Assembly (NCBI GenBank): GCA_035257225.1
Contig: DATEXG010000074.1
Coordinates: 1 to 42,203 of the forward strand
Reading direction: 5' to 3'
Length of the DNA: 42,203 bases
Origin: Candidatus Limnocylindrales bacterium
GTDB lineage: Bacteria > Chloroflexota > Limnocylindria > Limnocylindrales > CSP1-4
The position numbers and the translations under genes were made by a program. Shown piece by piece: positions 27,146 to 35,523 of the stretch. Below the pieces are notes generated by a model. That model made no database searches. It was not told the DNA's origin and saw nothing but the letters and a program-made list of their open reading frames with translations. Position 1 is the first letter of the stretch. Each line of letters opens with the position of its first letter.

Positions 27146-27427
27146 ATGTGTAGATCGATTCAGCCGCTCCACAACTACGAGCCGCCCACGACCGACGAGG
27201 AGGTACATGCGGCCGCACTGCAGTACGTCCGCAAGGTTAGCGGGATGACGCGGCCGGCTGCCGTCAACCAGGCGGCCTTCGATCGTGCGGTCGAGACGGT
27301 TGCGACGGCGACCCGGCAGCTACTCCAAGGGCTTGTCGCCACGAGCCAGCCGCACGACCGGACGATCGAGCGGCAGCGGGCACGGGCTCGTTGGGAACGG
27401 CGTCAGACCGGCGCCTGGCCGCGCTAG
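27146..27427 (+). CDS. DUF2277-family protein
   Basis: MCRSIQPLHNYEPPTTDEEVHAAALQYVRKVSGMTRPAAVNQAAFDRAV matches the conserved N-terminal block of DUF2277 proteins. I use the internal ATG at 27146 of track ORF 26993..27427. Confidence 0.8.
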   Translation: MCRSIQPLHNYEPPTTDEEVHAAALQYVRKVSGMTRPAAVNQAAFDRAVETVATATRQLLQGLVATSQPHDRTIERQRARARWERRQTGAWPR

Positions 27428-28959
27428 GGCCTGCTGCCGCGACGGGATGTCTCGGTGCGGTTCCCGCCCAACTGCTTGGCGCGATACAGGGCGGCGTCGG
27501 CCGCCGCAACGAGCGTGGCTCCGGTGAGCGCCTCGATGGGATGGCCGGCCACACCGGCGCTTGCGGTGAGCGTGGATGCCCCGGCCAGGGCGAGTTCCGT
27601 GATCGCATCCCGGATGCGGTCGGCGACTTGAACTGCCGGCTGGACTGCCGTGCGCGGGATCAGAATCGCGAACTCGTCGCCTCCGTAGCGGAAGGATAGA
27701 TCCCGATCCCGGACCACCGAGCCAATTGCCTTGCCGACGGCCTTCAACACCCTGTCGCCCGCCTGGTGGCCGTACTGATCGTTGTAGTCTTTGAAGCCGT
27801 CCAGGTCCACCATGATCAGGGCGCAGGGCTGCGCCGCGGGGTTGGCCACCAGAGCGCCGAGACGTTCGTCGAAGGCGCCGCGGTTGTGCAGGCCGGTGAG
27901 CGAGTCGGTCTCGGCGCGGTTCCGCACCGCACGATGGATCTCCGCATTCTGGATAGCGATGGATGCCTGACCGGCGAAGAGCCGCGCAAGTTCGAACTCG
28001 CCGGGACTGAAATGCGCCTCGCCTCTGCCCATCCTGCCGACGTTGAGTGTGCCCGCGACCTCGCCGCGAACCAGGAGCGGGACGACGATGAGGGATTCGG
28101 GCTCGTCGGGGGTGCCTGGGATCGTGGCGGCGCGCCAATCGAGAAGGATGTCGTTAACGCACTGGGCCTCCCCATGCGCGATTACCCACCCGGTGACCCC
28201 CATGTCGAGCGGGAACGTCGTGCTCAGGATGAGCTTGGCGAAGCGGTCGCGCGCCACCATGGGCTTCACCACGCCGGCGCGGCGATCGACCCGGTAGATC
28301 GTAAGGTTGTCGTACGGAAGGACCTGTTTCAGCGAGTCGGCGATGAGACCCAGCACGCCCGCCGGATCGAGCGTCGAGAGCAGCAGCTCGTTGATCTCCA
28401 GAAGCTTGCGCTGGCTCGCCAGAGCGTGTTGCGCACTCACGGTCGCCGACCACCAGCGATCGCTTGCCCACCAGACCAGGCCGTATGTGAACGCCAGCAC
28501 CGCGCCCGACTCGATGAGTGGCCGCGGCCAGTTCACGAGGTCGACGACGCTTCTCATCCCGCCGTACAGGTACGCGGCCGCCTCGCCGGCAATGCTCGCC
28601 GCGAAAGCGAGGATGAACACGGCCGCGAGCGACCGGCCGTGCTGTTTGGGAAGGGTCAGCACCGCACCCGCAAGCGGCAGAATCGCGGCGTCGTCGAGGC
28701 CGTCGAGCAGCAGAGCGCCGGCCGCGACTCCCAGCAGCATCAGCACGCCCCCGGCGATGTCGAGGCCGTAACCCCAACTGTCTCGGCGAAGGAGGATGGC
28801 TGCGGCCACCAGCGTTGCGCCACATGCGGCAGTGATGGCGAGGCGGCCGGGTATCTGGGCACCCGGAGTGGCGACGAGCTCTTCGAGCAGCAGGAGTACG
28901 GTGGCCAGCGCAACGGCGGTAGCCAGCAGGCCGAGCATGCGCGCGTGGCCCGAATTCAC
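27424..28959 (-). CDS. Membrane-anchored diguanylate cyclase (multi-TM N-terminus, GAF, GGDEF)
   Basis: About 5-6 N-terminal TM helices and a GAF-like middle region. DSLTGLHNRGAF, DLDGFKDYNDQYGHQAGD and RYGGDEFAIL, with an RDRD (RxxD) I-site five residues upstream of GGDEF. Confidence 0.9.
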   Translation of the reverse strand: MNSGHARMLGLLATAVALATVLLLLEELVATPGAQIPGRLAITAACGATLVAAAILLRRDSWGYGLDIAGGVLMLLGVAAGALLLDGLDDAAILPLAGAVLTLPKQHGRSLAAVFILAFAASIAGEAAAYLYGGMRSVVDLVNWPRPLIESGAVLAFTYGLVWWASDRWWSATVSAQHALASQRKLLEINELLLSTLDPAGVLGLIADSLKQVLPYDNLTIYRVDRRAGVVKPMVARDRFAKLILSTTFPLDMGVTGWVIAHGEAQCVNDILLDWRAATIPGTPDEPESLIVVPLLVRGEVAGTLNVGRMGRGEAHFSPGEFELARLFAGQASIAIQNAEIHRAVRNRAETDSLTGLHNRGAFDERLGALVANPAAQPCALIMVDLDGFKDYNDQYGHQAGDRVLKAVGKAIGSVVRDRDLSFRYGGDEFAILIPRTAVQPAVQVADRIRDAITELALAGASTLTASAGVAGHPIEALTGATLVAAADAALYRAKQLGGNRTETSRRGSRP

Positions 28960-29112
28960 CAGACCTCTACCCCTTCAGGTTCTCCCGACCCCTGGGCCAA
29001 ACGGGCGCATCCATACAGGACCCGCCTCGCTCACTTGATAGGCTCTGGGGGCTCCAAGGCAACTAGCCCATAAGTACCATGCGACCCATGACCGGCCTTC
29101 GACAAGCACGCG

Positions 29113-30081
29113 TCAGCCGGCGGAGGCGTCTGCCAGCCGCGACGCGGCCAGTGTCACGCGGTGCGTCAGAAGGGCGTCGTCGTACGGGGACCGGATCCTG
29201 TTCGACTTGCCCTGTACCGCGTCGATGAAGGCCCGATCCTGAAGCTCGTAGGGCGTGTCGAACGTGGACGTCGGCTGATAGGTAGTCGTCTGCGAGCCGA
29301 GCCGGACGACGAGCCGATGATCCAGCACCTCCAACGTCAAGCCCAGCCCGTCGGACACGGTCTCGAGACCCACCCCGTGCGGGCCATCCAGCAAACACGT
29401 GGTCTCGATCGATCCGATGGCACCCGAGGCGAAGCGCAGGGATGTCTGCGTGACGTCGAGGATGTCGCTCTCGGGGTAGGCCGGCCGAGCGACCCGACGC
29501 CCGGCCGCCGCGATCGGCTCCATCTCGCCCATGAGATAGCGCGCCAGATCATAGATGTGCGTCGCCTGCTCCACGATCTGGCCGCCCGACTGGTTGCTGC
29601 GAGTCCACCAGCTCATTCCGGGCGTGTCGCCAAGCCAGGAGCCCATCACCAGCTGCGGTGGGCGGCTCTCCAGTAGCTCTCGGGCTCGATCGACAACCGC
29701 CAGATACCGCCACTGGTAGCCGACGCAGGAGACGATGCCGGCCCGTCGGATCCGCTCGGCGATTCGCTCAGGCACCTCTTCGTCCAGCCCAAGTGGCTTC
29801 TCGACGAATAGGCCGATGCCGCGGTCGACGGCGGCCAATTCGGGTTCGCCGTGCCCGTCCGGCGTCAGGCAGATGAAGACCGCATCGAGCCCGGACTCCT
29901 CGAACATGGATCGGTAGTCCGAGTACGTGCGGGCACCGGCCGACTCGGCCAGCCGGCCTGCCGACTCCGGACTGCGGGAAGCGACGGCAACGACGCGGAC
30001 GTCGTCGAAGGTCGCCAGGGCGCGCAGGTGCACCCGGGCAATGGCCCCGGCTCCGATGAACCCGACCCGTGTGGCGGTCAC
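29113..30081 (-). CDS. Gfo/Idh/MocA-family NAD(P)-dependent oxidoreductase
   Basis: RVGFIGAGAIARVHLRAL Rossmann N-terminus and EKPL motif (FVEKPLGL). GTG 30081 with GGAGG upstream. Confidence 0.88.
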   Translation of the reverse strand: MTATRVGFIGAGAIARVHLRALATFDDVRVVAVASRSPESAGRLAESAGARTYSDYRSMFEESGLDAVFICLTPDGHGEPELAAVDRGIGLFVEKPLGLDEEVPERIAERIRRAGIVSCVGYQWRYLAVVDRARELLESRPPQLVMGSWLGDTPGMSWWTRSNQSGGQIVEQATHIYDLARYLMGEMEPIAAAGRRVARPAYPESDILDVTQTSLRFASGAIGSIETTCLLDGPHGVGLETVSDGLGLTLEVLDHRLVVRLGSQTTTYQPTSTFDTPYELQDRAFIDAVQGKSNRIRSPYDDALLTHRVTLAASRLADASAG

Positions 30082-30191
30082 CTCGCACCTCCGTCGATAT
30101 CTCCCGGCGCCTGCGCCCAGGCCGCATGGCGCCAATCGTCCCACACCGCGCCGGCGAAATACGCCGTCAAGGGCCTTCATCAACGGTCATT

Positions 30192-30243
30192 TCGCGACCG
30201 TCGATTCGCAACGGTCGCGACCATTGAACATCCGTGCTAGGAT
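30192..30243 (+). promoter_or_regulatory. Candidate csp promoter (extended -10 TGCTAGGAT) overlapped by a 10-bp perfect inverted repeat
   Basis: TCGCGACCGT (30192-30201) and ACGGTCGCGA (30211-30220), 9-nt spacer. TGC-TAGGAT at 30235-30243. This leaves a leader of about 100 nt before the csp start, as is common for cold-shock genes. Confidence 0.35.
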
Positions 30244-30345
30244 GGAGGTTCGCCCCAGTCTGCGGCGATGCTCCGCGTGGTCGACCCCCTTCTCGAAGGA
30301 CCGTGCGTCTGCACTCCTAGATCGGGAAGTGTTGGGAGGTCATTT

Positions 30346-30549
30346 GTGACCACAGGAACAATCAAGAAGATCGTCGCGGATCGCGGATTCGGCTTCATCG
30401 CCGCCGAGGACGCGAAAGAGTACTTCTTCCATCGCGGTGGAGTCGATTCCTCGACCGACTTCGACACTCTCGTCGGCGGCGAGCACGTCCAGTTCGAGAT
30501 CGAAGCCAGCGTCAAGGGCCCGCGCGCCACGCAGGTGCGGGTTGTCTAG
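30346..30549 (+). CDS. Cold-shock domain protein (CspA family)
   Basis: GTG 30346 after GGGAGG. GTIKKIVADRGFGFI (RNP1-like) and FFH (RNP2-like). 67 aa. Confidence 0.93.
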   Translation: MTTGTIKKIVADRGFGFIAAEDAKEYFFHRGGVDSSTDFDTLVGGEHVQFEIEASVKGPRATQVRVV

Positions 30550-30558
30550 CGGGCAACG

Positions 30559-30587
30559 GAGCGACCCGTCCGGCGGACGGGTCGCTC
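30559..30587 (+). terminator. Hairpin terminator after csp
   Basis: Perfect 13-bp stem GAGCGACCCGTCC / GGACGGGTCGCTC with loop GGC, starting 10 nt after the stop. There is no U-tract. Confidence 0.55.
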
Positions 30588-30725
30588 ACACTGGCTCGGC
30601 GGATGAACCGAGCATGACTCGGAGTCGGGCCCCGGACGGCATTCCTGCGCTCCATCTACGCAGGCATCTCCAACCACGATGCCCAGGTTCCGCAATCCAC
30701 TGCGGCTCGCGAGGTGCAGCGGTGG

Positions 30726-30781
30726 CCCATGGGGCGGGACTTCCGCTAGGCCTCCGCTGACTCGTCCCATGGGCCGGGACT
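30726..30781 (+). repeat. Two 16-nt direct repeats upstream of the GT4 / unknown / GH130 operon
   Basis: CCCATGGGGCGGGACT (30726-30741) and CCCATGGGCCGGGACT (30766-30781). One mismatch, 40-nt period, ending 27 nt before the GTG at 30808. Confidence 0.4.
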
Positions 30782-30807
30782 GGGCGATCTGAGAGAAGGC
30801 GACTATC

Positions 30808-32001
30808 GTGCGTGCTTTGGAGCTTGAGTTCATGCCGAGAACGGCCTTTGCGTCCACGTACGCCCCGCGCCGATGCGGAATCGCCACGTTCACGCACGAT
30901 CTGGCGACCGCCGTTGGCGACCGCGAGATCGTCGCCCTCCACCCGCGCGACGAATCCGGCACGTATCCTCCGGAGGTCCGGCATCGCGTCCGGCGCGACG
31001 TCCTGGCCGACTACCGGATCGCCGCCGAACGGCTCAACGCCGGAAGCGCGGGCGTCGTCTCGGTCCAGCACGAGTATGGGATCTGGGGCGGGCGCGACGG
31101 CGACTACGTCCTGGACTTCGTCCGCGCTCTGCAGATACCGGTCGTCACCACGCTGCACACGATTCTCCGACACCCAACGCCGCACCAGCGGTACGTCCTG
31201 ACCAGGCTGATCTGCCGGTCCGACGCGAGTGTCGTGATGTCAAGGTCCGCGGCGGATCTCCTCGCCAGAATCTACGGTGTCGATCCCGAGCGGCTGGAAG
31301 TGATCCCTCATGGCGTGCCGGACCTGCCGCTCGTCCACCCCGACTCGGTCAAGCCGCAGCTCGGAATCCAGGGCGGACCGGTGATCCTGAGCTTTGGGTT
31401 GCTTGGCCCCGGGAAGGGCCTGGAAACAGTCATCGCGGCAATGCCCGCGGTCCTGGCTGCGGTGCCGAGCGCTAGATACGTCATCGTCGGCGCAACCCAT
31501 CCGGATCTCGTCTGCCGCGAAGGCGAAGCCTATCGGCACGGCCTCCAGACGCGGGCCGCCGCACTGGGCGTGGCGGACCGGGTCCAGTTCGTCGACCGTT
31601 TCGTAGGCAAGACCGAGCTGGGGGCCTGGCTGATGGCCGCCGACATCTTCGTGACGCCGTACCCCAACCTCGAACAGGTCGTCTCCGGCACCCTCGCCTA
31701 CGCGATGAGCGCCGGTCGCGCCGTGGTCTCGACGCCGTACACATACGCGACCGAGCTCCTGGGAAATGGACGCGGGAAGCTCGTGGAGCCGGGCTCGCCG
31801 GACGCGCTCGCTCGAGCATTCATCGAACTCCTGAACGATGACGAGCAGCGGCTGGCGCTCGGGCGGCGGGCCTACAAGTACACTAGATCGATGGTCTGGC
31901 CTCAGGTGGGCGCCCAATACCGGCGTCTGTTCGAGCGCGTCGCCACCAGGGCAGTGGCGGCAGTCGACGACGCCAGCACCATCGGTGCCCTCCTTGTCTG
32001 A
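30808..32001 (+). CDS. Glycosyltransferase family 4 (GT-B, retaining)
   Basis: TFTHDLATAV N-terminal domain. The C-terminal block ADIFVTPYPNLEQVVSGTLAYAMSAGRAVVSTPY..ELL is typical of GT4 (EX7E region). The start is either GTG 30808 or ATG 30832. Confidence 0.88.
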   Translation: MRALELEFMPRTAFASTYAPRRCGIATFTHDLATAVGDREIVALHPRDESGTYPPEVRHRVRRDVLADYRIAAERLNAGSAGVVSVQHEYGIWGGRDGDYVLDFVRALQIPVVTTLHTILRHPTPHQRYVLTRLICRSDASVVMSRSAADLLARIYGVDPERLEVIPHGVPDLPLVHPDSVKPQLGIQGGPVILSFGLLGPGKGLETVIAAMPAVLAAVPSARYVIVGATHPDLVCREGEAYRHGLQTRAAALGVADRVQFVDRFVGKTELGAWLMAADIFVTPYPNLEQVVSGTLAYAMSAGRAVVSTPYTYATELLGNGRGKLVEPGSPDALARAFIELLNDDEQRLALGRRAYKYTRSMVWPQVGAQYRRLFERVATRAVAAVDDASTIGALLV

Positions 32002-33124
32002 GCCATCGATCCTGCCGGCACCGCTGTATCCGGTCAGCCGGCATCATCTGGACATGTTGAGCAGCGAGCTCGGGGTCTGGCAGCATGCATCCCGGGAGCG
32101 CCCTGATCCCGCCTTTGGCTACTGCACGGACGACGTCTCGCGTGCGCTCAACGTGGATCTGTTGCACTCGCGAGAGCTGGGCTGGGCCGCGGTCTCAGCG
32201 AGCGTCCGGCGCCACCTGACATTCATCGAGCAGGCGGCGGGTGGGCCCGGACGGCGGTTCCGTAACTTCCGTGCCGCCGATGGGGCCTGGCTGGAGGTCG
32301 AGGGATCGGAAGACTGCCACGGGCGTGCGATGGCGAGCCTCGCCTTCACCATGAACCGCGCTCCGGATCCTTCGATCCGCGAAGCTGCCCGCGGCCTGTT
32401 CGAGCGAGAGTTGCCCGCGGCCCGGTCGCTGCGCGCCCTCCGGGCAAGCGCTTCCGCCCTGCTGGCCTGCGACGGCGCGATCGACGCCGGCGTGGGAGCC
32501 GACGCGGAGGCAGCCTTCGGGCAGTTCGCGGAGCGCCTCGCCGAAGCCTTCCGGGACGCTTCGCTCGCGCCGGATTGGCGCTGGCCGGAGCCTACACTGA
32601 CCTACGAAAACGGCCTGCTACCGCGCGCCCTGATCGTCGCCGGACGGCGCCTCGGGGACGCCTCGATGACCCTTGGAGGTTGCCTCGTGCTGGACTGGTT
32701 GATAGAGGCACAGACTGGCCCGAGCGGCGCGTTCTCCCCGGTAGGCAACAAGGGATGGTGGTCCAGGGGCAGCGCCAAGAGCCAGTTCGACCAGCAGCCG
32801 ATCGAGGCCATGGCCCTGCTTCTCGCCGCAGAGACCGCTCTCGCAGCAACCGGCGACGATCGCTACCGGCGTGCCGCCGAAATGGCGTACGGCTGGTTCC
32901 TTGGCGCGAACGACGGCGGCGTAGCGGTCGCGATCCCACTCACCGGGGCCTGTAACGACGGGCTTACGCGGAGAGGCCTCAACCGGAACCAGGGAGCGGA
33001 ATCGACGCTCGCCTGGCTGACGGCGCTCGAGCACATACGCGCCCTGCGGGCCGCCGACGCGGGCGGCGCCGGGGCAGCCGCCCCTGCCTGGGCCGAAGGT
33101 TCGGCCACGGGCTCGCGCTCATGA
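31985..33124 (+). CDS. Conserved hypothetical protein, possibly (alpha/alpha)6-barrel (six-hairpin) like
   Basis: This is the 3' part of track ORF 31838..33124. The start is GTG 31985 (overlapping the GT4 stop) or ATG 32054. Helix-repeat composition and NRNQGAESTLAWL are reminiscent of six-hairpin glycan-binding enzymes. No named family recognised. Confidence 0.7.
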   Translation: MPSLSEPSILPAPLYPVSRHHLDMLSSELGVWQHASRERPDPAFGYCTDDVSRALNVDLLHSRELGWAAVSASVRRHLTFIEQAAGGPGRRFRNFRAADGAWLEVEGSEDCHGRAMASLAFTMNRAPDPSIREAARGLFERELPAARSLRALRASASALLACDGAIDAGVGADAEAAFGQFAERLAEAFRDASLAPDWRWPEPTLTYENGLLPRALIVAGRRLGDASMTLGGCLVLDWLIEAQTGPSGAFSPVGNKGWWSRGSAKSQFDQQPIEAMALLLAAETALAATGDDRYRRAAEMAYGWFLGANDGGVAVAIPLTGACNDGLTRRGLNRNQGAESTLAWLTALEHIRALRAADAGGAGAAAPAWAEGSATGSRS

Positions 33125-34098
33125 TCCCGTCGGACGGCGAACGGCTCTTCCAGCGTCAACCCACCAATCCAATCATTCGGGCCGCCGACCTGCCGTATCC
33201 CGCCAACGCCGTCTTCAACCCCGGAGCGGCTCGAGTAGACGGCGAGACGGTCCTGCTGCTTCGCGTCGAGGACCTGCGGGGCATCTCCCTTCTGCAAGTG
33301 GTGAGGAGTCGCGACGGCGTGACCGACTGGCGTTTCGACGAGCAGCCGCTGCTCCAGCCGGTCGCGACGCACCCCGAGGAGATCTGGGGCTGCGAGGATC
33401 CCCGCCTCGTCTGGATGCCGGAACGCGACGAGTGGTCGATCGCCTACACCGCCTACAGCGATCGTGGCCCGCTGGTGTCGCTGGCCATGACCCGCGACTT
33501 CCGCGAGGTCCGGCGGTTGGGAGCGGTCATGCCGCCGGAGGACAAGGACGCCGCACTCTTCCCCAACCGCATCGATGGCCGCTGGGCCATGATCCACCGT
33601 CCCTCGCCGCTCCATGGGGGAGCTCACATGTGGATCTCGTACTCTCCGGACCTGCGGCACTGGGGCGACCACACGCTGCTGATCGAGGCCCGCCAGGGCG
33701 CGTGGTGGGATGCCGACAAGATAGGCCTGGGACCGCCGCCGCTCGCCACCCCGGACGGCTGGCTAGTGATGTACCACGGCGCCCATCTCACGGCATCGGG
33801 GCCGATATACCGCGTCGGCTTCGCGCTCCTAGACCTGGAGCGGCCGGATGTGGTGCTGCGCCGAAGCGACAACTGGGTCCTGGGTCCGCAGGCCGACTAC
33901 GAGAGGGTCGGTGACGTCAACAAGGTCGTCTTTCCGAATGGCTGGATCGTGGACAACGAGACGGACATCCTGTCCCTTTACTACGGGGCAGGCGACTCGG
34001 TCGTTGCGCTCGCCACCGCTCGCCTCTCAGAAGTGCTCGATCACGTTCGCCACACCCCTGCGCCACAGCATCGCCGCAACTCCGACTCGTCCGGGTAG
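33121..34098 (+). CDS. GH130-family glycosidase/phosphorylase (beta-mannoside phosphorylase-like)
   Basis: NAVFNPGAARVDGETVLLLRVED, CEDPRLVW, WSIAYTAYS, KDAALFPNRIDGRWAMIHRP and WWDADKIG are GH130 blocks. ATGA overlap with the upstream gene. Confidence 0.9.
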   Translation: MIPSDGERLFQRQPTNPIIRAADLPYPANAVFNPGAARVDGETVLLLRVEDLRGISLLQVVRSRDGVTDWRFDEQPLLQPVATHPEEIWGCEDPRLVWMPERDEWSIAYTAYSDRGPLVSLAMTRDFREVRRLGAVMPPEDKDAALFPNRIDGRWAMIHRPSPLHGGAHMWISYSPDLRHWGDHTLLIEARQGAWWDADKIGLGPPPLATPDGWLVMYHGAHLTASGPIYRVGFALLDLERPDVVLRRSDNWVLGPQADYERVGDVNKVVFPNGWIVDNETDILSLYYGAGDSVVALATARLSEVLDHVRHTPAPQHRRNSDSSG

Positions 34099-34195
34099 AG
34101 CCATCGCGTCCCGGGCGCGAGTCGAGGCCTGTCGCGCCTCCGGTGGGCAGCCGGATGACACGCCTTGCCGAGGCGGACGGCTACGTGCCCCGGGC

Positions 34196-34588
34196 TCAGA
34201 GGCGTGAAAAGTATTCCCGCATCGGGTCGAAGTAGTTGTCGCGCCAGCCCTGCTCGTAGCCGGACTGGCCGTCCGGCACGTTGGTGTGGTGGAGGGTGAT
34301 CTTGGTCCCTTCCGGCACCGCTTCCAGGAGCACCTCGAGCTGGGAGTCGTGATCGGCCGCCCGGAATTCGGAGGTCCGCCATGACTGGACGATTCGCCGG
34401 CCGGGCTCCAGAGCAAGCGTCCGGCCACTGATGTAGCCGTCCCAGGCCGTGAACTCGCCGCCCACGCGCGGGTCGATCTCGGCCGCGCCGCCAGTCATCT
34501 TGCCGTGGGCCTCGCTCGAAATCCACGCCTCGTACACGGCTTGCGGACTCGCCGGGAGCAGGTCCGAGACGGTGAACTCGTAGGCCAT
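34196..34588 (-). CDS. SRPBCC-superfamily protein (Aha1/BPI-like START fold)
   Basis: Internal ATG 34588 with AAGGAGG upstream. PQAVYEAWISSEAHGKMTGG...GGEFTAWDGYISGRTLALEP...IVQSWR is typical of the AHSA1 family. Confidence 0.88.
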   Translation of the reverse strand: MAYEFTVSDLLPASPQAVYEAWISSEAHGKMTGGAAEIDPRVGGEFTAWDGYISGRTLALEPGRRIVQSWRTSEFRAADHDSQLEVLLEAVPEGTKITLHHTNVPDGQSGYEQGWRDNYFDPMREYFSRL

Positions 34589-34975
34589 CGAATGCCTCCT
34601 TCGCCTGCCGGCCGCACGCCGGATGACCAACCGATCGACCGTCCGAACGATCGAACGGTGGCCCGATTCTAGAAAGGTCCGCCAGCCATCGCGTGTCGCG
34701 CAGACCGGCGTCGGTCGTCGTAGGCCTTCGATTGCACCGCCCTCCGCGCAGCGAGGCCATAGAGTCGAGACACGGCGGACCGGATCGCGCCTCGAAGAGT
34801 CGCCTCGCGGAACGTCCGGGTCCGGCGGTGAGTGCCGGCGCACGCCGGGCCTAGTGTTGCTTGCGAACACGAGTCGTCCCGACTCGGCCGCGACCCACGG
34901 CCGCCAGCCACCCGCGGGGGCTGCGGCCGGCAAATCGACGGAACGACCTGGAGGTCAACGAGGATCGGAGCAACG

Positions 34976-35332
34976 ATGGTGGTGGCAACGCTGCCCGTCA
35001 CGGACCTGGCGCGAGCGAAAGCCTTCTACGGCGAGACGCTTGGTTTGGCCTTCCTGTGGGAGAACCCGGTCTCGGCCCGCTTCCGCTGCGGAGCCGGCAG
35101 CGAGCTCTCGATCTTCAAGCGCCCCCCGACGGTCACGGAGCACACGCTCGCCCACTTCGAGGTGACCGACATCGAGGCCGCGGTCCGCGACCTGGAGGCC
35201 AGGGGCGTCGAGTTCCTCGACTACACGGAAGGACCGCTCATCACGACCGGCCACATCGCGCAGCTCGGTCCCGCGCGCGGCGCGTGGTTCCGCGATCCCG
35301 ACGGCAACACACTCGGCGTCCGACAGGGCTAG
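34976..35332 (+). CDS. VOC (glyoxalase/bleomycin-resistance/dioxygenase) family protein
   Basis: LPVTDLARAKAFYGETLGL...HFEVTDIEAAVRDLEARGVEF...WFRDPDGNTLGV is the classic VOC fold signature. Confidence 0.88.
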   Translation: MVVATLPVTDLARAKAFYGETLGLAFLWENPVSARFRCGAGSELSIFKRPPTVTEHTLAHFEVTDIEAAVRDLEARGVEFLDYTEGPLITTGHIAQLGPARGAWFRDPDGNTLGVRQG

Positions 35333-35523
35333 GGGCCGGAAGATCCGAGCCGGCGTCGCACTCTCGGCACCGCGGCTCGCGCGCGCCTAACTCCAACCGG
35401 ACGCGCTCCGCAGGCGGCCATGACACAGCGGTCGGGCAGGCTTCTCGAGGCGGCGCCGCCTTCGTTCCGGAAAGCCCGGCGTGCGTGGTAGGCTCCCGCT
35501 CTTAGCAATTCGAAGGGAGCTGA

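Noticed and set aside
34832-34975. N-terminal extension of the VOC gene from GTG 34832
   Set aside because: The extension is Arg/Gly-rich with lower GC3 (about 73% by my count). The VOC fold begins right at ATG 34976, which has a GGAG upstream, and family members are typically about 120 aa.
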